From assembly GCF_000315625.1 (NCBI RefSeq), contig NW_005434595.1, positions 341,719 through 405,718 of the forward strand: a DNA stretch of 64,000 nucleotides, given 5' to 3'. Below are positions 26,561 to 38,615 of the stretch, piece after piece (positions within the stretch are counted from its first letter, which is position 1; every line of letters starts with the position of its first letter). This stretch comes from Guillardia theta CCMP2712 (taxonomy: Eukaryota; Protista; Cryptophyta). The position numbers were made by a program, and so were the translations under genes. The notes under the pieces were generated by a model. That model worked only from the letters and a program-made list of their open reading frames with translations. It ran no database searches and was not told where the DNA came from.

Positions 26561-27193
26561 AGCTCGTCTATTGATCACTGTTTTGTTATCAATCAACGCA
26601 ATCAATAGTGACGAGAGTGTTGTGAATGAGATCCACGAGGAAGGATGGCTGTCTAAGGAGAAGGGGGAGGAGGAGGAGGAGGAGGAGGAGGAGAAGGAGG
26701 AGAAGAAGAAGCTTCAATCAACACGCGTGAGCTCTTTCTCCTACTCTTCCTCCTGACCTCCTTGCCTCTGCTGCGTCCTCTCAAGCATTGTAGGCGGCCG
26801 CACAGATCCCCGCCTTGTGAACATGAAAAAAAGAATCACCCACCCCACCCCACTCTTTCATTAGGCTCCTTTGACTCCTTCTCCCAATGTCACACCCCCA
26901 CCTCGGCATCTCCCGAATGCCACCGAGGGTCCCATCTGATCTCGGGATACAAAAGGGTGGGGTAGTACAAGGTAAAAGAAGGGGTGCACGATTGATATCT
27001 AAAAACTGTGATCAGATCGTTCGCTCATAGATTTGCATGCGGATGGCGGGAAATCCGCAGCAGTTGGTGGAGGGAACGAGGGAAATGATAAGTGACAGAA
27101 CAGAATCAGAGCCGATGGTTCCCGGTGATAGGAGATGTCTAATCTGATGTGACGTGCAAGGATCATCACTTGTGATCTCAGATGAATACTGAT

Positions 27194-28070
27194 TTACTTG
27201 ACAGGAAAGATACGAGATTTGTTGGTATTCGACACGATTTTAAAGACATTCGACACTTCTTCACACGATGCCACCTGAAGGTTGCCCTCATGTTATGATA
27301 AATTTTACACGCTCTTGTACATTTCACCTCTGCAGCTGTTTGCCCTCGTCTGTTCCTGTATGCTATCACAGCTTTCAGGATGTCATGATGAAACTTGACC
27401 GCTCCGACATACCCATGTCAAACTGTGCTTCCTTCATAAGATATTCGACCAAGGGAGCGTTTGTTGATCTTGCTGCCTATCTCTTCGATAATCAGCACTT
27501 TTTACACAACGCAGTGTCCTCGCCTTATGCAAACACGTCTCTCCATCGATGTCTACTAGCGCCAAGTTGGCGCCATTCTTCGCCAGCAGCTTGACTGTCT
27601 GTCCATGAGTCAAACATCCGCCATGTTGTCGCAGAGGAACTTTTACGACACAACAACTGAATATCAATCGCATCAGTCTCATCAAAAACGAATCTCACCG
27701 ATATATGGCCGCCAATGCATGCTCGATGAAGCGGTGTCGCCTCACATTCCCCGGCACACGCGTTGACCGCCGCCTTGCGATCGAGCAGCAACTGACAGAT
27801 CTGGTCTTTACCGCTTCTTGCGGCATAATGCAGTGCCGTATACCCGGACTTGTCGCAAGCGTTCACGTCCCTGCACTCATTGAACATGATCACGTTAAGA
27901 ATCCTCCTTGTTAGTAGGAATCACCGCTGACGCTCCTCAAGAAGTGTTCGCATTCGCTCAAGGTCACCGAGAGCAGCAGCTCCCCATATGCCCCGCTCAA
28001 AATCCATCTCTTCCAGAGTCTGTTGCATGGGTTGCTTCCTAGCGCAACAAGAGCAAGCTGCATGAAAGGG
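27194..28070 (-). CDS. ANKRD39: Ankyrin repeat domain-containing protein 39 homolog, multi-exon (5' end unresolved)
   Basis: Signature QQTLEEMDFERGIWGAAALGDL, followed by SGYTALHYAARSG, ATPLHRAC and DGETCLHKA. Confidence 0.85.
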
Positions 28071-28459
28071 GCCAGCACTCGAACTTGGATGGCTCACTTT
28101 GCAAATGATGTTAGGATCAAATGAAACAGCTTTCACAACCACCCATCACCTTGTGAATCACTTTGTGAAGTACAATCATGTACTATAGTCCATGAAACGT
28201 GTCCCCTCTCCTTGGGGGACGCGTGACATTCGCGTATCTTCCGCGTAGAGTTGGCATCTAGTCCATCTATCGACTTGTCGACAGTTTGCTCCGAGCAAAG
28301 TTCATCATTCTGCTGACGCTTCAAAGAGAAGAGGTTGAACATGACGGGCTGAACGTTCTTCTACGATGGCAAGAGGAGGACGAGGAGCTGTACCCTCCTC
28401 CTCCTCGTCCATCCTCCTCTCAATCCCCTGCTGCCCTTCCGTAGATGGATCATTCCATG

Positions 28460-28870
28460 CTCAGGCCCCCCTCAGCCGGTCAGTGCCTCCGACTCAGAGT
28501 CCGAGGCTGCAGTAGTCCGATCGGATCGGACGGTCGGGGGCCCCGGCGGGCCGCCGGCCCGCGGGGTCACTGCCGCAGTGCCGCGGCCCGGCCATTCAGT
28601 CGTGACGCGGGGTGACCGTGACCGGACTCCGTGACCCCCATAGTCACTGCTAATAAACTCACTGAGGCTGTTGCAGGTCAGTCACTCAGGAGCCTAAAAG
28701 GGAAAGATTCTCCGGGGGAGGGAGGGAACCTGGAGGGAGGGAGGGAGGGAGGGAGGGAGGGAGGGAGGGAGTCTGCCAGGAGGGAGCCGGGAGGGGGGCA
28801 CTGAGTCGCTGACTCGTGAGCCGCAGTGCCGGTGGCCGCCGGGCCGGGCAATTCACCGCCCGGATCGTTA
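28460..28870. repeat. GC-rich palindrome-dense intergenic element B, with (GGGA)n tracts
   Basis: gactcagagtc, tccgatcggatcgga, ggtgaccgtgacc and ctgagtcgctgactc; same word vocabulary as element A. Confidence 0.6.
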
Positions 28871-29415
28871 TTGATATTTAACCGTTTTCCGTTGGCGATG
28901 TGAGGAGACTTACGATGGTCAGGCGATGGGGTCGGTAGCAGCAGAGGGAAAGAGGGAGGGAGGGAGGGAGGGAGGAAGAGAGAGGGAGGGAGGGAGGAGT
29001 AGAGAAGGGGGGGAAGGCGGGGGGGGATTGATCGAGGGGAGAGGGAGGGAGGGAGGGAGGGCTCCAGAGCGATCAAGAGAAGGCACGAGAGCGGACGAGA
29101 GTCGGGGAAAGGGTAATTCGGTGGGAGGTTAGGAGAAGGAATAAGATGGTAAGAATCACTGTGAAACCTTTTGGTCAAGATCCTAGCGAATATGCTCACT
29201 TCCTGCCATTCCTCTTGCGGTCTGAAAAAAGTGAAAGTTTGTCACGAGAAGAGATAAATAAATGAAGACTGAGGAAGATAGACATGTGCTTGAACAGACT
29301 TGTCTTCCAAACCTTGATCAACTTGAAAATCGTTGCCTTTCTCTTCTTCTCACGTGCATTTTCTGAATCAATTTTGAACAGCCAGTTGAGAACAAGAGAT
29401 GATTAAGATATTTCC

Positions 29416-32400
29416 ATGAGAATCTTCGAAACTAGACCAACTGATCTTTCGAATGAGTTGCCCTGCCTTATTGGCCGCGCATATCTACCGGGGTGTCAAC
29501 AAAGAGGAAACCGGCTGGTGCTGGAACCAGCTCCCAGCTCTAGTGGTATATGGCGAGGAAGCTGCATCCCGACACAATCAGCACGAATAAAGAGAGGCCT
29601 TCCTCTGCGGCACTCGACTTCCAGCATCTCAAGCGTCCAGCGGGTAGAGAAACGCGAGACGGGGGATGCTGTTCAGGTTGTTGACAGTGTAGATATCGCG
29701 GGGGAGGAAAGCTGTGAGGTGCTGCCGGAGGTCTGTCTCAACAAGCAAGCCGAATACTGCGGTTTCAACACATGTTCCATTCCTGTCAGCCGCCTGGTCA
29801 AGGTAGACATGAAGGGATATCGGTTTCCCGTCTTTCGAAGGCCCTCAGTGAACGAATTCTTGGAGTTTCCCAGGCAAGAGCCGTATGAGAAGCTCTTGCT
29901 ACGATCGTCGTCTCCTGCTCAACTCTTGCGCGTCAAGAAGCCCACAAGACTTTCACAAGTCCCTGGCGGACTCCATCCCTCGGAGTTCATCGTGAAGCAG
30001 ATTTTACCGGAACCATCTCGTGAGTCGGCCAGCATGACAGGCGAAGGAAACGGCGATGTTGCCTCTCCGATTGATCAGGGATTTGAGTCGAAGCCAGATG
30101 GGGATGATGTTTGTTCCAACGGTGCTCCAAGTGATCGTCCTCCTAAGCATGAAGAGCTATTGAAACTTCTCAATGTCGTAGTGGAAGGTAGCAAGGTGGA
30201 GCCAAAGGTTGCTGAGATTTCAGACAAACTTCCTTGTCCAAGTGTACAGCCATCCGAATGCCAACCAGATCAAACCCAGGGAATTCAACGGAGGCTTTCG
30301 TCGCTGGTGAAAAAAACAGTTGTATCGCCGTCCAAATGTGTTGCGAACAAAGGGCAGCTTGCAAAGTCTTCGGAAGGTCAGGAACAGAATGAGTCAAGCC
30401 CTAACAGGAAGAAGAAAGCTGCTGAGAAGCTGCTGGACGAACCGGCACCGAGAACGAATATCTCAGCGAGCATAGAAGAGTTTATCCAAGCAACAGACCA
30501 GCAGTGGCTGAGGGCTCGCAAGCAGCTGTATGAACATTTCCGTGGAAGCTCGGAGGAGGAGCAAGAGTTCAAGGAATCGATGACAGCGTTCAAGAGGAGG
30601 AGAAACCTTGACCAGGACCGGCCGGTGGCAGTCGTGCTAGCAGGCAACAAGACGGTGCGGGAGACGTTGCTGGAGCGAGGGTTCCAAGAGTGTCCTGAGG
30701 GGGACGTGGAGGGGCCAAACTTTGACTTCAAGTGGACGATCAACCACGGTGACATCAACTTCGAGCAGCTGCGGCCCGGGCAGATAGTCAATCACTTCCC
30801 CAATTCCGGCCCAGAGATCGGCACGAAAGTCGGGCTGGCGAAGAACCTGCGATCGTTGCAGTGGCTGGACAAGGTCGACATGAACAGGTTCTTTCCTCGC
30901 ATGTACAACCTGGCGAACCCCTGGGAGATGCAGGACTTCGTCGAGGATTTCGTCTTCGTTGCCTCCCACTGTGAGATCGTTCGATTCCTTCAGGGGCTGC
31001 CGGTCTCGGCATCGACCAAGGCTGGATGGGAGGACGACAAGGGCGGCAGGTCGAGGCGCATCCTCGAAGCCGCTTATCACGTGTGTGGGAAGTATCTTGA
31101 CAACAAGCAGAAGTTGAGGAGCTTGGATCCCACCGGGAGCGTGCAAGGCGTGCTTACCATGGAGGATTATCTGCAGCTCCGGCCTGACTGTCGCACCCAA
31201 CCGGAGAAGGAGCGCGAGTCAGCCCGCAAGGGCAGGTGGGATGAGGCAGATGATGCCAAGATGCGCTCCGACATGGAGGCGATGCTACAGCGGCTGCAAG
31301 AGGATCACATCCAACTGAAGATGGACGGGACGAGGAACGTATGGATCGTGAAGCCTGGGCATGGCTCGCGTGGGCGAGGGATCAAGTGTTTCGATGATCT
31401 CATCGCCATCATCAAGTACGCGACAAGCAGGAAGAAGAGCGCGATCGTGCAGAAGTACGTGGAGAACTGCCTGCTTCTGGACGACAAGAAGTTCGATATC
31501 CGTGCTTGGGTGCTGGTCTCGAACTGGAACCCTCTTACCGTCTGGATGTTCGAGCCCTACATCCGACTCTGCACTGACGATCACAGCCTGGAGCCCGAGA
31601 GCCTCGAGAACAAGTTCGCGCACCTCTGCAACCGATGCGTGCAGGAGCACTCAGACGAGTACGAGGAGGAGGACGGGGAAGGAGGGACAATGTGGAGCGT
31701 CGCCACCCTCACTGACTACCTGGACGCCAACTTCGGAGACGGGAAGGAGCTGTGGAAGAAGATCAGAGCTCAGTGCATGCAAATCGCGCTCTACGTGATG
31801 CACAGCTGCCAGGAGGCGATTGACAACAGACTTGGCTGCTTTGAGTGGTTCGGGCTTGACTTCATGGTCGACCTCGACTTCAACGTCTGGACCCTCGAGT
31901 GCAACATTAGCCCCGACCTCTCCAAGGGCACTGAAGTCCTGGAGCGACTTGTCCCTGCCGCCATGACATCAGCATGGGATATGCTCCTCGAGTTCCCCCC
32001 AAAGGTCCATGCCCTCCTCTCATTCCACTCGCCCGACTTTCAACCTCTCTGAACCCCATCCTTTTGCGTCCTGCTCCAGCTCCTGCCGTCCTCTGCTCCT
32101 CTCTTGTTTGCGTGCTCCTCCTCCTCCTCTCCTCTCCTCGCTCAGTCCTTGTGCACTCCCGCATGTTCGCTGACATGAGTGCAGGAGGAGGAACGAGACG
32201 TGGAGCATGGGTGGGACTTGATCTACCGCGGGAAGGAGATCAAGAGGGACGTCATTCAGAAGCGCTTCTGGCTCAAGAAGACTCTGCTCACCGAGCTCCG
32301 CGTCGGGCGTCCTTTCAGCATGAGGGATGCCCTCCAGGCAAGGGTTGCGGATTCCCCTTGCTCTGCGCTGAACCCCCGGCAGGTGAAGCTCGGCAGCTGG

Positions 32401-32882
32401 ACCAATCTGTTCCTCAACACACAAGATCGTGTGAAGGTGGTGAAAAAGGTAAGAATAGGGTAGAGGAGAGAAGAAGAGGTGAGGCGAGGAGTGGAGCGGA
32501 AACGAGGAGGGGAGGAGAGGGGAGGAGAGGAGAGGACAAGAGAGAGAGAGCGGAAAAAAGGGGAAGGGGGGGAGGAGAAATGGAGAGGAGGAGTCACAGT
32601 CCGCTCCAGGTAAGTCTCAAGTCCAAGTCTGCTAGGAGAGACTCAACAAAGAGCAAAGGTGATGCTCTCCTACACCCTCTGCTCCTTACTCCTCCTGCTC
32701 TCCGCCCCTCTGGCTCCCCCTCCTCCTGCTCCTCCCCGCCCTTCCTGCTTCTCCTGTCCTAGTCTTGGGGTCGCTCCTCTACTTTCACCGCTCACTCATT
32801 GCTTCTTCTCGGCTAGTGTCATCCTCACTTCTTTCTCTTTCTTTCAGACGGAAGCTCGTCGGACTCGGAGGCAGACTCGTAG
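29416..32882 (+). CDS. TTLL3: Tubulin glycylase (TTLL3/TTLL8 family)
   Basis: QIVNHF...GTKVGLAKNLR, FFPRMYNL, MDGTRNVWIVKPGHGSRGRGI, VQKYVE, KFDIRAWVLVSNWNPL, HLCN, FEWFGLDFM, LECNISP; short terminal exons are tentative. Confidence 0.88.
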
Positions 32883-33054
32883 CCTTGCGTGTATCATAGA
32901 GTTTCATCTACATTCACATGTACAAGATAGCTTTGACATGTTACCCCTCCAACTACCTCCCTTACCTCCCTCTGACCCCCTTCGTCCCCTTCGTCACCCT
33001 CCCCCACCCCCGATCCTCCTTCCTCCCCTTGCCGCTTCTTCTGCCGACTACCGA

Positions 33055-36000
33055 CTACCACATAGCTCTGTTGGCGATGGTTCCAAACACGAAGATCGGC
33101 TCCCTCTGCCCCGCAGCGTCAGGAAAGGAAGGGTTCAAGCAAAGAGGAGGGGTGCATAAAGGAACGAGGAGCTGAGGAAGGGAAGGACGGAGAGAGGCGA
33201 GAGGAGGAAGGTCACCGGGCCCTTGAAGTTCCATCCTATCTCCTGCAGCCCGTCGAGGAAAGACGGCATGCGTGATGCTGCTGCGTCTCTGCCGCACGAG
33301 TCAAGCTTGAGCTCATCCTCTTAGTGCTTCACCTGGCGTCAGCCTTGAGCTGCAGGACCTCCTCGAAGTCAAGAGAATCGCTGGAGACGAGGAGACGTCA
33401 AGGGCTCGGGAGAGAGGAAGCAGAGCAGGAAAGAGCAGGAGAGGACCTCTGCCTCGAGGAGAGGTGGAGCCTGAAGTGCTCGAGCGCGAGAAGCGACTGC
33501 AGGATGTCGAGATCCTTCGCGCTCTGTTTCAAGACCACACACTGGAGGAATAGCGGTGAGAGGAACAGGAGCAGCAGGGAGGAGGGAGGAGGGAGGACGT
33601 ACAGGATGGTCTCCCCTCCCGGTATAGACGAGCATGAAAGCCTGATCACGAAAGAGGTGGACAAGACGCCCAAGCTCCTGCGGCCTGAGGCGAGTCTGCT
33701 CCGAGATTAGATGGCAATAGAGATGGTGAGAGCACCAGAAAGGAGACCAAAGATCATGAGAAAGAAAGGAGGGAGAGAGGAAGGGAGAGGTTGGAGAGGG
33801 AGGAGAGGGAGAGAGGGAGAGAGGGAGAGAGGGAGGAGAGGGAGGAGAGGGAAGAAGAAGAACAAAGTCTACCTGACTGATGCTCCTGAAGGTCGACGCC
33901 CAGTAGCCTTTGAAAGTTTCTCTGAGCTTGTCTGAAAGAACAATCAACGAAAAGAAGCGTGTGTATGGGAAAAGGAGGAAGCAGCAGGAAAGGGTGTTGG
34001 AAGAGAACATTAGGAGAAGGTGGATGTGGTAGAAGGAGATAAATGGGAGAAAGGAAAGAGAGAAGAGGGGTGGGAGGAGGAAGGGCTTGATACTTTGAGG
34101 GACTGCACGTCTCGGGCGGCTAAGGACGGGCTCTGATCTGGAGATGTCTGCAGGAGACTTGATGATTCCCTCCTGTTCAAAATAGCATCATTCATTTGCT
34201 TCCGGCTGTCCCCTCCTCCTCCTCCTTCTCTCATCCAATTCCTTCTTAATTCTCTCATGACTTTCCAACATGCTCTGCCCCTTTCCTACATTTTCCCTCC
34301 CCCTCCCCCACCTCCTTCCCTTTGCCTGCCCCCACCCTCCTCCCTTTACCCTCATCTCCCATTCTTTTAGCCCAAACTGCTCGCAGGACTTACCGACACA
34401 AAGGCACTTGCAAGCATGGTCGCTCGTTCAAGGTTGAGGAAGCGGAAGACGATGGTGTCGAGGCTCTGCAGACAAGTCAACTGCTGCTGCTGCTCCCCTC
34501 TAGAGGACGAGACGAGGATGGAGGAGACTGCAGGGAGGCATGAAAGGACCTTTAGGATGAAGATAAAGTCCAAGGCCGATAGCACCACGTACGAGCCCCA
34601 CACGCAGAGAGCGTTTGTTCCTGCGTCCGTGTCATCCTCCTCCGTCCCTCTCGTTTCCGTCCTCAACTTCGCTTTCAAGATACTAAACCTCACCTCCACT
34701 CATTCGACCACCCTCTCGTTTTCCTACCATCTTCCCTCCTCCTCCTCCTCCTGCTCCCCTCCTCCTCCTCCTCCTCCTCCTCCTCCTCCTCCTCGTCTCC
34801 CCACCCTTTCTTCCTCCTCCTCCTCCTCCTCGTCTCCCCACCCTTTCTTCCTCCTCCTCCTCTTCCTCCTCGTCGTCGTCTCCCCACCCTTTCCTCCTTC
34901 TCCTCCCCTTCTCCTCCTCCTACCAGCCAGCCGCGCAAGTTCGATCCCCACGACAAGCCCGACGAGGTCGGCGACAGCCACCTGAGGCAGAAAGTGAGAA
35001 GGCAAAGTTTGTAGTCAAGTTTTGGAGCTAAAGTCAATGTTCTCAGTTCACCTGGGCATCTCCTTTGGCTGTGATGTCGCCGAGATTCTCGTTCCTTGCG
35101 CTTCACGTCAGCGACTCATCCGACAAGTTTCTCGTCACCTCCCGGCGAACTGCTTGTAGAACGTTCCTCTTGTTGCAGACCTGCAGGGTTGTCAGGAGGA
35201 GTCGACAACAATGTTAGCAACGTTGTCAAAATAGACACTTGCTTCAAACAAACTGAAATGGCAACCAGGACGGTAAACGCCTAAGTTAAAGAAAGAGGAC
35301 ACACATGATCAGTCGAAACATCCAGGCAACGATCATACACTTACATTTGTAAAGATCTCTTGGATCACAAAGGTTAAAATTTCCATCCCATTGGCAAAAA
35401 CCCACCTGATACCGTCACCATCACCTCCTCTAATAGGTTGCAAGAAGAAGCAAACATCAGCGCTGCTCGAAACCTCCACCTCTTCGCATCAGAGTCAAAG
35501 TCTCGACCCCATCTTGCAGCAAAAATCTGACAGGTAACAAGAGACGTCAGCACTAGACATCCTCTGCTATCATCATCCTGCTCAACAAACATCTCACCAT
35601 CTTTCCAAACTTCCCGAAAGCATTAGCGAACACCCAGCCAGAGGCGGCGGCGACGCCAACCTGGAGCAGAGCGAAGGTCATTTAGCATGTGCAGCCCTCA
35701 ACGACTCCCTCTGACTTTGTTCGTCTTCACCCCGAGGGCAAGCAGAAGCGATTGTGTGCCGAAAACGCTCACGGTCGAGGAAACGATGCGCTGCAGCACT
35801 ATCAGACCTCCTTCGCATGTGCCATGACATCAAACCTGCAGGATTCTCCAGATGGTGAAAGAGTAGTAGTCCTCTGACACTCCTCTAGGCAGGAAAGACT
35901 GCTTCACTTTGAATGCAACATTCGACGCCTTGATAAATCTAGTCAACGTAGAGGCAAAAGCAACTCATATCTCTCACCTTACGAACAAACTTGCGCACAG

Positions 36001-36502
36001 TCCCCTTTGCACTTATCCTCCATCTCAACGAAGTGATCTCTCCCAGTCGGATCTCTTCCACCACATCGCTAACAATTTCAACATTCTTTGCATCTGCAAT
36101 GAACTTCCCGCTTCGCGCATCCCATCGGAGTCGTTTTTGTTGAGAGCCGTCAAGCCTGACGTCATAGACCTCAGGCCCTTCACGCTCCTCCGAGTCCAAA
36201 GTTCCAGAAGCATCAAGATTCCTTGAACTCCTCATGGCAGTGCTGCTACCGAAACAGTTAAGATTACATGCTCTCTGTTCGAGAGAGCAGCGCTGGATTC
36301 CAAGCGCTCTTGCATCCTTGTAGCTGAAGGCTTGTCTCACACCTTGAGCAGTGAAACCGATTTTGATGGCGCCTCTTGAACGTTCAGCAGCAAAACTGAC
36401 TCGTGCTTTTGGCAGGAAAGAGGGAAAGCAAGGAAAGCAATCTCCCACACGTATTAACAAAACCATGATACATGTTCTAACAACAAAACCGCGTATATAC
36501 AT
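33055..36502 (-). CDS. RUS (root UVB sensitive)/DUF647-family protein, probably plastid-targeted, many exons
   Basis: Exons RIVSSTVSVFGTQSLLLALGVK, AAASGWVFANAFGKFGK, FAARWGRDFDSDAKRWRF, QVAVADLVGLVVG, IVFRFLNLERA and FLDGLQEIGW match the DUF647 pattern. Confidence 0.8.
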
Positions 36503-37770
36503 CGTCCTTCTGTTCGTCCAATCCTGCCATCGATTTATTTGTATTGCATCTTCCGATTCTGTTTCGCCGTTGAAAAGATGGCGTGACATGATCAACTAGT
36601 CGCTTCTAAGACATTTCACGAGTGCAAAGAGCCTGAGCCAAAAAAGTAAGCGAACCATCGAATCAATAAGAAGGTTCCAGACAATATAGCACAGTGGGTG
36701 ATGGTAGTTGAATGTGAGAAAATGGAGGGGAAGGGACGAGCAGAGGATGACGTTGAGCAGAATCGAACGGAAGCAAGGAGGGGGTGGGGAGGGGCGCGTG
36801 TCGACTTGAGTGTTGTTGGATACAACACAGTGGATCATTTCTATCCAGAAAGAGAATAGGAGAAGGATGGATCGGGATGATGAAAGATTCATGGTAGAAA
36901 GCGGAAGAATCGACAGGAAGAAGCAACAGTACACAAGACAGATGATCAAGAAGGGTAGAAGAAAGTGCAAGAATTGAGCATACGTGGGCTGAAGGAAGCA
37001 GTATGATAGGCAACGCAAGAGACAAAGGGCGAGGACGAGGAGAGGAGCGGAGCAAGGGAGGAGTAGCACAACGAGACAGGTGCATGTGGAGGTAGGGAGG
37101 ATTCTGAGGACTAGGAGAGGAGCTTCAAGTCGACGAAGGCTACCTTCGGCCGCCTGCATGCCTTCACTAGTGAACTACCCCACCTCCAGACATACCCCTA
37201 CCCCCTTACCCCCACACAGCAATGACAACTCTTATTAGAGAACAAAGCGGTATGCGTACCACCTCACCGAGAGAAACACCTATTTACTGCAAGGAGTGGG
37301 TGGGGTAGGTCTGCAGTTGGGGGATGAGGGCCCTGTAGTTTTGTGTAGACTGTGATGCTCTGAGGCAGGCTCTCTAAGTAGGTTGTGTTGTTGGGGGATG
37401 AGGGCCATCCGGAGGAGGCACCGGAAAATGGCTCCCAAACCCCGACTGATCTCCTCCTGCGCTCTCCCCCGCCCCGCCCCCGCCTCTTCCCTTGATCCCC
37501 TAGCTGATCTCCTCTCTATCACTATTTCCCCTGATTCTCGCTTTTTATTGTCACCTCTTGGTACAATCAATGACTTGACCTTGCTTGCTACATTGCTGCA
37601 ACGTCAGGATTTGAACGAGATGAATGAGGAAGGAGCATTTGTTTGCTACATGGAGAGAGACAGACAGACAGACAGACAGAGACTTCGAAGTTTCTACCTG
37701 ATCTTACACTGTTTCACAGTTATCGTGAAGATCTGTCCCTGAGCAGGAGAAAAGAAGAGCAGCAGGCAAC

Positions 37771-38490
37771 ATGAACTGTTGTTGTGCAAGGAAGCCGTCA
37801 GTCAGGGAAGCGACTCAAACTCAAGCTCCAGTCAGACGAGGCGTTCCTCCCCAGTCAGCCATTCCAGCGCACACCACAAGACAGAATCTTGGAGGTCTCG
37901 TCCAACTACCTGCTTCCTCGTTGTTCTTGGTTGCTTCTTTGTCGCTGATTCTTGTTCATTTCGGATTGCTTTGTTCGATGCTCGTCCGAGTGAGACTGAC
38001 TCGAGTACCTCTCAGGGGTTGGGATTGTGTTTCAAGCCGGCCCCAGCGGTGAAGGGCTGATGGTGGCATCCCTCGCTGTGGATGGGCCAGCAGAGCAGAG
38101 CAAGAAGGTACTTGAACTTGAGTGAGATTCGATTCCTATCTGACCTCTGCCTGATCTGTTCTCCTTACTTGTCTCTTGGTGCAGGTGAGGGCAGGAGACA
38201 TTCTTGTCTCCATCGATCAAGTTGACGTCCGAGGGATGAGCCCCGAGGATCTCGCGCAATATATCCTCGGACCTCCGGGCTCAAGGGTTCGGCTCGGGTT
38301 TATACGCGACGGCAGCGAGGTGCAAGCCATTGCGTTTCCTCCTCTCTCGTCTGACCTGCTTATCTCTTTTCAGCTCCTCTACGTTGAGCTCACTCGGGGT
38401 TGGACGATGAAGAGAAGCGTCGACTCTAAGTGGTCCAACCCGCTGCCTCCCAACCACTCGCTGGTCTCTGGTCCCATCGGATTTCCCTAG
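37771..38490 (+). CDS. Small single-PDZ-domain protein with N-terminal Cys cluster
   Basis: MNCCCARK start; GLGLCF...LMVASLAVDGPAEQS..VRAGDILVSIDQVDV...ILGPPGSRVRLGFIR across three introns. Confidence 0.8.
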
Positions 38491-38615
38491 CTCCAAGAGG
38501 AGCAAGTCAAGAGATCAGGAGATCAGGATCGTAGGCTGCAGCTGTTGGGGAGGGGGGGAGATAACGTCCAGCAAGGGTCGAGCTAGCTGAGCAAGTTGTT
38601 GCTAGTCTCAGTTCA

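Noticed and set aside
36596-37159. Hydrophobic 187-aa ORF upstream of the RUS gene
   Set aside because: Low-complexity pyrimidine-rich sequence gives spurious Leu/Phe-rich translations; no supporting motif.
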